In this document: positions 51,191 to 64,000 of the stretch, piece by piece
Position numbering within the stretch: the stretch's first letter is position 1
How the letters are laid out: every line of letters starts with the position of its first letter
DNA from: Octopus vulgaris
Taxonomy: Eukaryota
Length of the DNA: 64,000 nucleotides
Assembly (NCBI GenBank): GCA_951406725.2
Contig: OX597819.1
Location: 77,190,001 to 77,254,000 of the forward strand
Reading direction: 5' to 3'
Position numbers and translations under genes: made by a program
Notes under the pieces: model-generated
The model's database searches: none
Seen by the model: only the letters and a program-made list of their open reading frames with translations
Told to the model about the DNA's origin: nothing

Positions 51191-51567
51191 ATACTTTTGC
51201 CAGTAAAGTAGCTGCTGTAAATGACAAATATGCAGATTCCTCAATTGGTAATGTTACTGGCAGCAATGCTGTCAACGTATTCCTTGGAATTGGCATTGCC
51301 TGGAGTATTGCAGCTATTTACCATGCTGCCAATGGATCAGTGTTCCGCGTCCATCCAGGAACCTTGGCATTCTCTGTCACAGTCTTCTGTGTCTTTGCTT
51401 TCTTTACAACTCTCATTCTCGTGTTACGGAGACACAAGAAGGTCGGCGGTGAGTTGGGCGGGCCTCCCGTCTACAGACATGTGGCAGCTTCCATTTTTAT
51501 CCTATTCTGGGTCATATACATCTTGCTGACCAGTTTAATGAGCTATTGTTACATTGAGGCTTTCTAA
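51191..51567 (+). CDS. NCX: NCX last coding exon (D)TFASKVAA...IGNVTGSNAVNVFLGIG...GGELGGP...YCYIEAF*
   Basis: Acceptor AATTGTAG ending at 51190; NVTGSNAVNVFLGIG and GGELGG motifs; TAA at 51565-51567. Confidence 0.98.
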
Positions 51568-52035
51568 ACTATCTAAAGTGGGCCACCTGATTGTTTTTAT
51601 TATACAAAAACAAAAAGAAGACAAACGATGAAACGTGCGCTGTAAAAACTGCTACATTTCACTGGCTGACTTTGCTGCCTCCACTGTGCATTTGATCAAG
51701 CCAAACGACTTACTTTTAATGTTTTTGGCTGCTGTGCTACAGATTGCTGTTCCCTCTCTACAAGTGTGATGAAATTGGTATTATTTAAGAATTATATGAA
51801 TTATGGAAAGAACAAAAAAAAAAAAAAGAATAAAGAAAAAGAACAGCAAAAAGACACTCAGTAACCACCTTCTCCCATCCATTTTTACAAAATTACTTCC
51901 ATACATAATATAAATATATAAAAAAAATTTAAAATTATTTAAAAAAAAAAAAACCAAAAAGATGCAAACAAAAGAAAGAATATTCTGTCATTAAACTTAT
52001 TTTTATTCTCCATGCTAAAACTAAAAATAATAATA

Positions 52036-52098
<63 letters not shown>

Positions 52099-52741
52099 AT
52101 CAACAACAAAATAAACCAAAAAATATGACAACACTTTGCATGAATTTTTTTTTTTTTTTTTTTTTACAACAGTGAAGATCTTGTTTAAAAGGGTCATCTA
52201 AATTATTTGATTCATAAAAAAAAATAAATGAATGAAAAACAAAACAATAATAAACACCCACAAAACAGGATTTGCTGCAACTATGAAAAAAAACACCACT
52301 AACAAAACAACAACAACAATGATGATAATAATAAAATAATAATAATAATGATGATAATAATAATAAGGATAATAGTAATGATGTAATAATAATAATAATA
52401 ATAATAATAAAATTGAAATCACTGAGAACAGGACAAAGGAACTATGAAGAAAGTACATTGACATTTTTTTCGTTCATGGGTCAGGATGAAACAATGCTGC
52501 TCAGTGGCCTTTCCTCACCCCATTCCCCACTCTCCAGCAATATGTATTATGTATTGTTACAAAAGTTTATTTTTTTTTCCCCGTTGTTTTGGAAATTGTC
52601 CATATTGCTTTCATTTCAAGAGAGAGAGCGGGTGAAAAAAAATAAGACAGACCTATCCATGCCTCTATATAACATTTGCCACATGAAAACAAACAGTACA
52701 CACACACACATATATTTATTTTACATACACGTACATACATA

Positions 52742-52923
52742 CATACATGCATGTGTGTGTGTATGTACATACATGCATGTGTGTGTGTATGTACATACAT
52801 GCATGTGTGTGTGTATGTACATACATGCATGTGTGTGTGTATGTACATACATGCATGTGTGTGTGTATGTACATACATGCATGTGTGTGTGTATGTACAT
52901 ACATGCATGTGTGTGTGTATGTA
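52742..52923. repeat. 26-bp minisatellite x7 (CATACATGCATGTGTGTGTGTATGTA)
   Basis: Perfect 26-nt period; TGCATG at 52748, 52774, 52800, 52826, 52852, 52878 and 52904. Confidence 0.95.
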
Positions 52924-53343
52924 TATACACACATGTGCATGCACTCATACTCGCCCATTCACACACACACATGAGTATGGTACTCAGTTTAATAATGAGT
53001 ATGGCCATTGCTAGTTACTGAGCTGCAAAGAAAAGATGTCACTCTCTTCATATATATATATATATGTGTGTGTGTATGTGTGTGCACACACACATACATG
53101 CACACGTGTATATATGAGTGTGTGGTGGAACTTCATTTTTATCCATGTGAAGTGTGAGTATAACTGTAGAACTTTTCTTGTTTGTGAAATATGCTACAAT
53201 TAACAGAGTGTTTCTCCATTTTTCTTCACATCTTGTGCTGTCTAACAAAAACTTACCTCCTCTTTCTTTTCCCTCCCATAAAAAAAGTTGAAAAATTGTA
53301 TCCTAAGGTTTCTACCTCAGACACCTGATTCAATCTCCTTTTA

Positions 53344-53384
<41 letters not shown>

Positions 53385-53421
<37 letters not shown>

Positions 53422-53858
53422 CATATATCTATACAATATATATGTATGTATGTATATATATACACATATATCTATACAATATATATGTATGTATGTATAT
53501 ATATACACATATATCTATACAATATATGTATGTATGTATATATATATACACATATATATGTATGTATGTATATATATATACACATATATATGTATGTATG
53601 TATATATATATATACATATATATATATGTATGTATATATATATACACATATATATGTATGTATGTATATATATATACACATATATATGTATGTATGTATA
53701 TATATATACACATATATATGTATGTATGTATATATATATACACATATATATGTATGTATGTATATATATATACACATATATATGTATGTATGTATATATA
53801 TATACACATATATATGTATGTATGTATATATATATATACACACACATATATATATATG
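53385..53858. repeat. ~32-bp minisatellite built from (AT)n/(TATG)n with CACAT spacers
   Basis: 32-nt period visible (e.g. CACATA at 53645 and 53677); 5' units carry an extra CTATACAAT. Confidence 0.9.
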
Positions 53859-54458
53859 TCTCACCTTATACCCCACCCCATTACTCTGTCTAGTCTTCAT
53901 ATCCATGGTTCAAAGCAGGCTTGGTCACTCCTGACTTCAGAAGCAAGAGAAAAGAGGAGAGTAAATATTTAAAGAATTGGGAGGCATAAAGAAATGTGAG
54001 AAACCAAAAATAAATTTGTGAAATCTGGCTATGCCTGACCATAGCATCAGCCGGGACGGCTGAAAAAAAGTTTTTTTTCTTAATAAATAAAAATGACTAA
54101 AGAACTTGAATTAAAAAATAACAATAATTATAATAACAATAACTATATATAAATAAATAATAACAATGATTTCTAACACTGATGATAATGATAATAATAA
54201 TAATAATTAAAATAATAACAACAACAATTATTTTTTTATGGTGATGATAGGAACACATAATTACATTAGCTAATGAAGACTAAAGGAAAATTGTTTGAGA
54301 TTATTATTGAGTCACATGTAATTTATGATAATATTTGTTTGCATTTCTATTTCATTACTCTTAGATTTTGGGTTTTTTTTTTTTGAAATAGTGTTCTCAC
54401 TAATCTGCATGTGTGGAAATATATATATACATATATAAATATATATATACATAAATAT

Positions 54459-54512
<54 letters not shown>

Positions 54513-55116
54513 GTGTGTGTGCATGTAATGTGAGTGTGTGTGTATTTCTCCTAACTCAAATCCATTCACTAATCTTTATTAACACTGCAGAATATTTTTG
54601 CACATGTGGGCAAAGCACCAAAGACATCTATATGTTTGTGTGTATATATATATATACATATGTGTGTGATGATATATGTGTATATATATATCCCCATATG
54701 TACAGACATATATAAACCTTAACTGCAATGAACTGAAATGAGACAGCACTCATTACTGGAAGGTAGAGTTCAAAATCTTTAATGAAATTAAATTCAAATT
54801 ATTCTGGAACCTTAGGTTTCATGTTAGTAACATATGTGCTTGAAAAGCAGAAGGGCGAGATAAAAAGCAACATGGTTAGGAAAGAACAATATCAGCACTT
54901 TGCAGTAATTTAATGATTCTTTAAGGTGGCTTCAATTTATATAGAAATGAATATAGCCCACCTGTTCACATGAAAAAACGGTAGAATGCATGAGAGGTTT
55001 TAGGTAAGGACTTTCTATATCTACATAAATATCTTGCTATTTTTATTTCTTTTTCATGCAATATGATATTATATTTTTTGCATACTTGTGTATACACATG
55101 TATGTGTGTGTGTGTG

Positions 55117-55147
<31 letters not shown>

Positions 55148-55588
55148 CTCAAACAAATACATATATAAATTTATGTATGTATATATGTGCTCATCATTGT
55201 GAGATGAGCGATATATATATGGCATAACAAGTTTCCCTTTAAGAACTCTCTGTTCTAGATTTGAAGCTCACAGTTGGCAATACAATAAAATTTTACATTG
55301 AAGACAATACAAGTTTCTCAGTTTGGATTTATGGATGTGTTCCTCAATTTCAAGCACATAAAACATCTCATAACATTTTTGTTTTTACTCCAAATGATAT
55401 CAAGAAGAAAAAAAGAAAAGAATTAAAAAGGCAAAAAAGGAACAAAATATATGCTGACTTTGCCTTTCATCCATTTTGGATTGATAGAATAAAGCATTGT
55501 TCAAGTCCTGGGGTTGATTTAATTGGCAAACCCCTCCTTCTGTCCCAGACTTTGTAGACTTGTGCCTATGTTAAAAATAATAATAATA

Positions 55589-55627
<39 letters not shown>

Positions 55628-55629
<2 letters not shown>

Positions 55630-55840
55630 GGCAAGTTAGCAGAATTGTTAGCATGCCAGGCAAAAAGCTTTGTGGCATTTTGCCTGTCTTTACATTCTGA
55701 GTTCAAATTCCACCAAGGTTGACTTTGCTTTTCATCCTTTCTGGGTTGATAAAATGAGTACCAGTTCAGCACTGGGGTCGATGTAATCGACCTGCCTACC
55801 TCCCAGGAACTGCTGGCCTTGTGCCAAAATTTGAAACCAT
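55628..55840 (+). mobile_element. Meta-like SINE copy inside an (ATT)n tract
   Basis: Same family; (ATT)n on both sides; decayed partial copies adjacent at ~55460-55575 and ~55900-56110. Confidence 0.8.
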
Positions 55841-55842
55841 TA

Positions 55843-55892
<50 letters not shown>

Positions 55893-57069
55893 GCTTGTGA
55901 TGGCAGCGGATTAGCTGACTTAGAGTGCCGGACAAAATGCATTGTGGTGTTTAACCACTATCACTTTTGATGTTCTGTCTTCAAAATCTTCAAATCCTGC
56001 CTAGGGGGTTAACTCTGCCTTTCATTGTTTTGTTGTTTTTTTTTAACTTCTGGAGGTGTGAGGAGTTGCAATAAAATGATAAAATGAATACCAGTGAAAT
56101 ACTGAGGGAATATGAGGTGGAGGAGGAAGGAGTACATCAATCTGAACAGTACTCTTTTCCTTGAAAAAGAAATAAAAAAAACAATTTGAAACTTTCTGCC
56201 TACGTTAGAAACAAATTAGTAAAGTGGATTATTATTATTATTTGATAAATATTTTATCTAACTTAATGTTGCTTGTTGATGGGCGTGGGTGGGGAGGTTG
56301 AATTTATTTATTATTTTTCCGTTTCCCTTCTCCAAACACCACTACCACCTCCACATATTCATTGTGTTGGTATATTCTTTAAGTGACATAACAATTAAGA
56401 TCTCATCTTCTTTTTACTAACTAAAACTTATATAAATATATATATATATATATTTATAATGTGACATGTGCAATAGGAAAAATTTGCTTTGAATATATTT
56501 TGTGCGTCTGCGTGTGTGTGTTTGTAATTTGTGCGCATGTTTTGATGAAAATATTGCAGTCCTCATTTCTTTTTGTTTTTTTCTTGTTGCTTAGAGAGAG
56601 AAAAAAGTATATAGCAAAAAGAAAGAAAAAATAAAAATTGTTCAAATTATCAACTGCAAAAATTTTTTTTAAATATGTTTTAACAATGACTACATACAAA
56701 AAGAAGAAAAAAAAGAAAAACATGGAATCATTTGAAAATTATTTCAAAAAATGTATGGAAACAAAAAATAACAATCTGATAATTTGTTAAACTAATAATA
56801 ATAATAACAATAATAATAATAATAAAAACAACAACAGTTAATGTTCATATAAACAGTGTTGTGATGAAAAATAATCATCTGAATATATGTGTATGTTCTT
56901 TAAGATGAAAGAAAGTAATAAAAAAATTAGTCTGTGCTTTAATGTTTAACTCTTTTTCAGTTGTGACTTCACATTTAAAAAAAAAAATTATTTTGATAGC
57001 AAAATGCCAAAACTCTTTAATTTAAATAGTTTCTCAAACCCTTCCATCATATAGCTTTTAATATATATG

Positions 57070-57120
<51 letters not shown>

Positions 57121-57210
57121 TGACATTTTCAGTTTCTCAAATTTTGTAGTATATTTTATTAATGAATTACACTGTTTGCTGATAATCACATATAATAGAA
57201 GCTACTATAT

Positions 57211-57258
<48 letters not shown>

Positions 57259-58568
57259 GATATGTCTACATTCAGTCTGTTTATATGTAAGCTTTTTGGT
57301 TATTTTGTTTCTTTTTCTATTTCTGTTCAATAATGGTCTTTTCGATGCTTGTTGGAAAATTGTGATAACATTTTCTATTGTTGTCTCATTGGAGGCTATT
57401 TCTTGTCCAGAAAGTGTAAATTCACCAGAAGTGTACTCAATGTTTGCAATCTTTTTTCCATGTTGGTTGTTTTATTAAGTGCAGTATAGTCACAGTTTGC
57501 AGTCAGTTGCATTTGGCTAATGTTAGTGCAATATTTTCATGGAGGGTTTAAGTTAAATGACACGCATAATATGATAAAGGCAACATTAAAAACCAAAAAT
57601 TATAATTAAGAATAAAATATTGTAAAACAATACAGGATAAATGTATTTAATTAATTAAAAATCCAACAATCCAAACTGAACTGCTTCTAAAAAGTTGTCT
57701 GTGGCAAACTTTGTCCTAAATAATTCTTTAAAAGCAATTTCTCAAACAAAGATATTTATTGGTTTCATAGCATTTCTTCCATCATTTTATCTTAACGCAA
57801 AACAAAAAAAAAAAAAGAAAAGGAATTGTTCCAAATAATCCAAATTCTGGGAAAGTAAAAGTGAAAAAAAGAAAGGAAAATTATATATCTCTAGTTTTTA
57901 CTTCCTTCAAAATATAAATATGATCCTAATTTGGCAAAGACACAAACTGTGTTTATGTCAAAACATTTTTCTGTAGTAAATACTTTTTAATATCCCTTTT
58001 TTTTTTTCATATCCCTTATGAATAATTCTATTTTGTTTATTTCTTTTTGAACATATTGGGATATGTATGTGTATATATTTATATAGATAGATGTGTATGT
58101 ATACATATACGCGTGTATTTTTATGTATCTGTATACATATGTGTGCGTTTGAGTGTATGTATGTATATATGTATGTATGTATGCATATAAGTGTATGTAT
58201 GTATGCATATATGTATATGTACATATGCAAATATATATGCATGCATGTGTGTCGTCTAACAGAATTTTCTACAATTAACGTGTCATGGTAATAAATATTA
58301 CTCTCTAAAGTACAATGACACAATTATTTCCTCATAATGAGATCCCAAACTATTCTTATAGCTTTATACTACTTTCTCTGATGCACATGCTGCCATCTGG
58401 AATATCTCATTTGATTTTCCCTCACCACTCTCAAAATTAAAAACAACAAAAAATATAAACACAGAAAAAATAATTTTTATCTAATGACTTAACCCCACTC
58501 CCACCAAATTTGTTTTCTATTTAAGCTTAATCTGCTGATAAAAACTGTATAAAATGTTTTTTGTAATA

Positions 58569-58612
<44 letters not shown>

Positions 58613-60716
58613 CACATATACACATATATATATATATATATACATACATACATATACATACAGACAGACAGACAAAATCACTCATGCATATATGTATGTA
58701 AAATAAAAAAAACCTTCCCCGAAAGAGAAAATACGCAATGTTCAAATTACTTCTAACTAATTAGAACAGCTTGGTTCTGGTTCTAACAATCTAAATTTTT
58801 TTCCACTTTTGAAAATACATACAATGTCTGTTTGTTGAGAAGTATTATATTCACTTATAGTTATTAACAGAATATAAATCAAGATTTGCATTCTCTAAGA
58901 ACTTCATAATCAAACTTACAAATTTTCTTTTCTTTCTTGCTATTAGTTCTGTTTGTGTTTAATTGCCACACATCTTTAATTACCAACACACACACACATG
59001 GAATTTTTGTACATGGATATCTTTCAGACCCACAGAATTGACCTGTAGGTACAGAAGTGATCCCTGTTCATTGTAGGAAATTTTCTTACTGGTAATCACA
59101 GTTCCTCCCTTTATCAGATGAATTGTGCTTATAAGCTAGGTATAATTTCAAATTCATGATACCATACAATTATATACTGAGAACTTTAATAGATATGTAA
59201 GGAAGCATATACAATAACATACATACTGTGTGTATATGTACAGTGCATGCATAAACTATGTGTATATGATGCATATGCATTCATTTATACTCGCACATGC
59301 ACGTTTCTACATTTGTGCACATGTACACAAAATGTGTATAAAACTAATTGTGATTAGTCATTAAACATTGTTGTTAATTAGAGCATCATTTGCTAACCTG
59401 GTGAGTGAAGGTAGTTTCAAAATATTTTTATTTATTCACTCTACAGAAAGATTTATTTCTGTATCTTTTATCACTTATATTGAAATATTTTGTGATTTCT
59501 TTTTCAAGAAATGTGATTAGGATATATATGTGATTTGTTTAACAATAAATCTTATAACATTTTAATTAATTATGATTTCTTTCTTTCTATTAGTCAAAAA
59601 TCAAATAGACATTTCTTTTTACTCTAAATAGAAAAAAAGTATTTTATAAGTTCACGGCCATAGTTAAATATTAAATAAATTTTGATGGATTTAAAGTGAT
59701 AACTATTTCAAAGTTATTCTAGATATCTATTGCTTTTCTAAGCTTTGAGGTTTACCAAAAAAATTAAACTGAAGTAGTAAAAGAAAAAGATTTTTTTTTG
59801 TTACTTCTTTTTTAAAAAATTGAAATGATTTTGTTTTTGGAACAAAATAATGTGTTAACGTGATGTAAGCTGTCAACTCACATACATTCAGTAGCTATGT
59901 GTCTCCCATAAAATTAAATAAATTATTTTCAAATGCCATTTTTTTCTAATTGTTCGTATTGGACACACAACATTCACGAGTGCTTTTACAATGCACCAAA
60001 GGAGCATTGATTCAACTGTATTTAACTTTGTTACTTATTCTGTTACATTTTAAGAATAATTTTGGCACACACACACACACTTACATACACATACACACAT
60101 GTATATACATATATATATTATAGTCCATTTGGTTATTTCCAATGTTATAAAGAACGGGAAACCTTTTTTGTAGTTTAAAAAAAAAATTAATTAAGCATGT
60201 GAAAATGGTTATATGTTTGTAGTATGCATCTTTAATTTTGTAATTTCAAAACACTTTGATCTACAGTCAATAACTCTGCACTGGATATCACAATATATTT
60301 GCCTATTTAAGAAGAAAAAAATTTCAAAAATATATAAATTATGAACTCCCTTAGTTTGCTATATGTAAACCACTAAAAGGTAGTCCAAATATTACCTTTA
60401 GTCAATAGATAGACGACTAAAGAAGAATCGTTCACTCAAGTGAGGAGGAGGAGGAGAAAAAGTTTAAGTGGCATTCCTTTTTGAATTATGTAACTAGCGT
60501 TAATCTAAATTTCATGGGGGTCACAGTATCAGTAAATCAATCTCAGTTCGAATTCATTTCCAAGGATAGTTCTGTCTGGATATTTCTGAAATCAAGTTTC
60601 AAAGGGATTTTGTAATCATGAAATGTGAAACTAGAATCTTGTAGAAAGTGGGAATGTTTTGAAAAAGATTAAAAGTTCAGTTCTATCTTTACCAGGCATG
60701 TATCTATGTATGCCTC

Positions 60717-60747
<31 letters not shown>

Positions 60748-61883
60748 ATACATATGTGTGTGTATATATATATATGTATATATTATACATGCATGTGTAT
60801 GTGTGAACATATATATATATATATATATATTACTTTGGTATTTTTACGGACATGACTTATTTCCGGAATGATTATGATGGTGGTTAATGCTATTCTTTTG
60901 CATCAGCTCAGTTGATGTTTTGTTATTTTCCGAGTTTACTCTTGTTACTTTGAGAATTTGTTACTGCTGCCTTGAGTTTTCTCTAGGTTATTTTTGGTAA
61001 AGCATCTTTCAGTCTGTAGATATACTTATTGGTATCTTTGTTACTGCCAGTCGGCATGTTATAAAATTGACAATGGTATTGGTTTTAATTTGAAATGTTA
61101 ACATTTTCTTTTGAAATTTTTTTGTCATGGGGAAAAAAATCTGAATAAAAATATTCAATGGATAAGGGTTTATCTCACAGTTGTCTGTGATATTCTTTTT
61201 TTATATTCACTCTTTAACTACAAAACATTTTGTTTTATTGTGTTAATGGGTGTTTACATATGTATTTATGTGTGTGTGTATGCGTTCAAGTTTCTGTAAA
61301 GAGATTGTTGATTGAATTCATCATATACTTAATTCACTGGAGCATCAATTAATATGTGATATAATTTCAGAAGGAAAAATGATATTCAAACATCTAGTTT
61401 ATGTTAAAGGATATCTGGATCAAAGCTTGAGCATTGTTTCCTTATGGGGAAAGCCCTGAGGCATTATTGTATGAGATGGTCTTATTAATTTTAATTAGAT
61501 ATTAGGCTTTGACAATCACATGCACCATCATGCAATTAGATTTATATATAAGTGACCAGCGTATATACATACACACACACATACATACACATATATCAAA
61601 CCTTTGCATGCACACACACATACACTCATATGATATATAGGTGTGCATGTGAATTAATTTTACATTTACTGATTTACATACTATTGTTAAATGTTGAGTC
61701 CTTCTCTATCTCTCACTGAAGTGTCAAACACTCCATTACACCTACATATAAATATCATCTCAAATGCTGAAATACACATGCATACATTTTTCATTGGTTT
61801 TCTTTGAATTTTATTAAGTGGTAGGTTCAGGAAATAAAGTAGAAAAACAATATAATTGAATGCGAAACCTCCAATGAGTTACT

Positions 61884-61884
<1 letters not shown>

Positions 61885-61931
<47 letters not shown>

Positions 61932-61932
61932 A
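61885..61932. repeat. (TATC)n microsatellite
   Basis: Directly visible. Confidence 0.95.
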
Positions 61933-64000
61933 TACAAACACATATACATACACACATGCACATACTTACCTACTCACACATGTGCACTTGGCTCAACATA
62001 GTGAAATATAAGTCTTGAATTTTAACTGTGAAATAATTTGTGATTTGATGACAACTGTATTATTACTGTTGTTGTTGTGATTGTTCCTAAGTAGCCCTAG
62101 TCAAATGTGATTGAAGAATGCTATTATTGTTCTTTCGTGTTTAAACATTTAGAACTAACTCTGAGGTTCTGCATCTCAAATTTGCATATATTGGTTGGTT
62201 ATGATAATCTTTTTTCCATATTTGTTGTATGGATATGGTAGTGTTTGAAGATTTCAATTTTAATCATTTTAAAGGTTTGGCTGCATTCTAGAGGAGGTTC
62301 TGCTGCCTTTTGCATATTGTTAAAAAAATCTGTTGCTGTTAGATAAATGGTCACAAATGTTGGTGAGTAAAAGTGTTATATATATATATACACATCCTCG
62401 TTATTGTGCAAAGTTAATGTCTTTGCTTTTGAGAATCTTCATAAAGATAAAAAGGATCTTTTCATTCAGATTTCCCTGGGACATATTTTGTTTTGATTTT
62501 TATTGCTGTCAGCATTTGGTATTGTTACAATTGGAGGTGAACTCTCTGTGAAACAGGTCTGTGATGTCTTATGATTTCTAGCTGAAGCCATTTCCATTGG
62601 TTTATGTTGCTATTACCTTTGAGGAAATTATGAATGTTAACAGTATCCAATTTCCTGTCCTTTTTTAAAGCTGAGATTTTGTTGGTGTCTAGTCAAGAGT
62701 AGTTAATATTAAATATCTGAAATTATGCTTTATGAGTTTCATAGGTTTAATAATAAGATATATAACAAATCTGGTTTTGACTAGATTCTGTTGAATTAAC
62801 CCAAATTGAAACTGTCATGTCAGCATAGTCATCCTGGTAATGCTAGGGTTTAATTTTCTATCTCTGTGGTGTCTAGGTGAAACTATTGAGTACTTATATC
62901 ACGATTGGATGGGTGGAGAAAATATTGGTAAAATGTATTGCAGTAAGTAATAGAATTAATTTAGTCAAACGCAAATTTTAGAAGTCATAAAACAATTAGT
63001 CTTTAAATTGGTAAAAATTTAAATTTCTCTCTTTCTTTCTCTCCTATTCTAAATTTAGTGAACTGTTATGCTGGGTTTATATTTATGCAGTGAAGGTAGC
63101 TGAGGTGGTAGAGTGCCTGATTTAAAAGAAAATTCATTACAATATTTAGTTTCATATCTTTATGCTCTGAGTTCACATCCTGCTTGTGCCAATTTTTATT
63201 TATCATCTCCACGGGGCATGTGTATGTTTAGGCAGGCTGTTTATATGAATCCCAGTTATATATTGGGAATTGATTCAGTTTGTTTAATTTTAAACCTTCT
63301 TTTACAAAGAGAAATAAAGAAATGGCTATGAGCCTTAAAATAGAAATCAATATTTGACATCATGTTCAAAAACTTTTCCTTTCTATAATTTTAATATCTA
63401 TATCTTTTTCCACAATTGAGCTAGGACATATATATATATATCTTGTATTTCAGCTAATTATTATTATTTAGTCTTACATAATTACATCCTCATATTGTTT
63501 TTTCAACTTCTTTTATTTTTTTCAAAAAGATCCTTAATACATTTTTTAAAATGAAAACATAATTAACTACAGAGGATTCTATTTACAAAAGACTTTCATC
63601 AATCTATATATGTATATCTGTATTTAAAAAAAAAAATAATAATAATAATAATATCATTAATAAATGTGAAGAAACAAAGAAAGAAAACAACACAAAGAAA
63701 AAAAATGATAAATAAAACCAAGCCAAAAGTAAAGAACTGTAAAAAAAAAAAAAAAAATAATAATTCAAAGAGAGTGTTATCATCAGCGCAGATGTGTGTG
63801 TGTGTAAGAGAGAATGTATATGCGTATGTGTTTGTGTGTCTATGGGAATCTGATGGTCTGTCAGTACTGCCTGAAACAGCTATGAACGCACACAGGAAAC
63901 GAAAACCCAGAAGCAGATGATGTCTTTTCATCCATCACTGTATGATGTTATAAGTGCATGCATGTGTTTGTCTAAAATGCATGGTTTCAACTATGATATT

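Noticed and set aside
49884-51567. ORF-track starts at 49884 and 51091 as independent proteins
   Set aside because: Their N-terminal parts are intronic read-through; true boundaries are the acceptors at 49945 and 51191
52413-53972. Long ORFs (about 200 aa) of YI/CV/HT repeats, and similar ones at 34333-34585 and 44623-44985
   Set aside because: Translations of dinucleotide micro- and minisatellites that are open in most frames; no coding signal
63599-64000. Minus-strand ORF MKRHHLLLGF... as a secreted peptide or the end of a convergent gene
   Set aside because: Runs into (CA)n and poly-T low-complexity sequence; no splice or homology support, although it could be the UTR of a neighbouring gene

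Overview
AT-rich, microsatellite- and SINE-rich eukaryotic DNA. The repeats and the encoded protein point to a coleoid cephalopod, most likely Octopus (inference). The window holds the 3' half of one + strand Na+/Ca2+ exchanger gene (NCX/SLC8). Clear exons are 20809-20930, 24049-24148, 47165-47275, 49945-50103 and 51191-51567 (stop), covering the end of CBD2, the acidic tract, the alpha-2 repeat and the C-terminal TMs. The 5' exons lie upstream of the window. Three isoform-diversifying devices appear concentrated in the cytosolic regulatory loop. (1) Two paralogous, frame-preserving cassette exons (7201-7392 and 12207-12389) each carry an RKIS kinase motif. (2) A candidate 3-nt microexon (AAG, 30496-30498) sits inside a 23-kb intron. 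(3) A candidate A-to-I recoding site (A24097, Ser->Gly) would restore the conserved LVVGTxSW motif. The rest is intron and probable 3' UTR filled with SINEs, LINE remnants, a Penelope-like remnant with a decayed hammerhead ribozyme, mariner fragments, MITEs, Helitron/Helentron-like elements and simple repeats. Almost all ORFs in the supplied track are spurious. Comparisons to squid, fly and vertebrate NCX are from memory and need confirming by alignment. Repeat boundaries are approximate.
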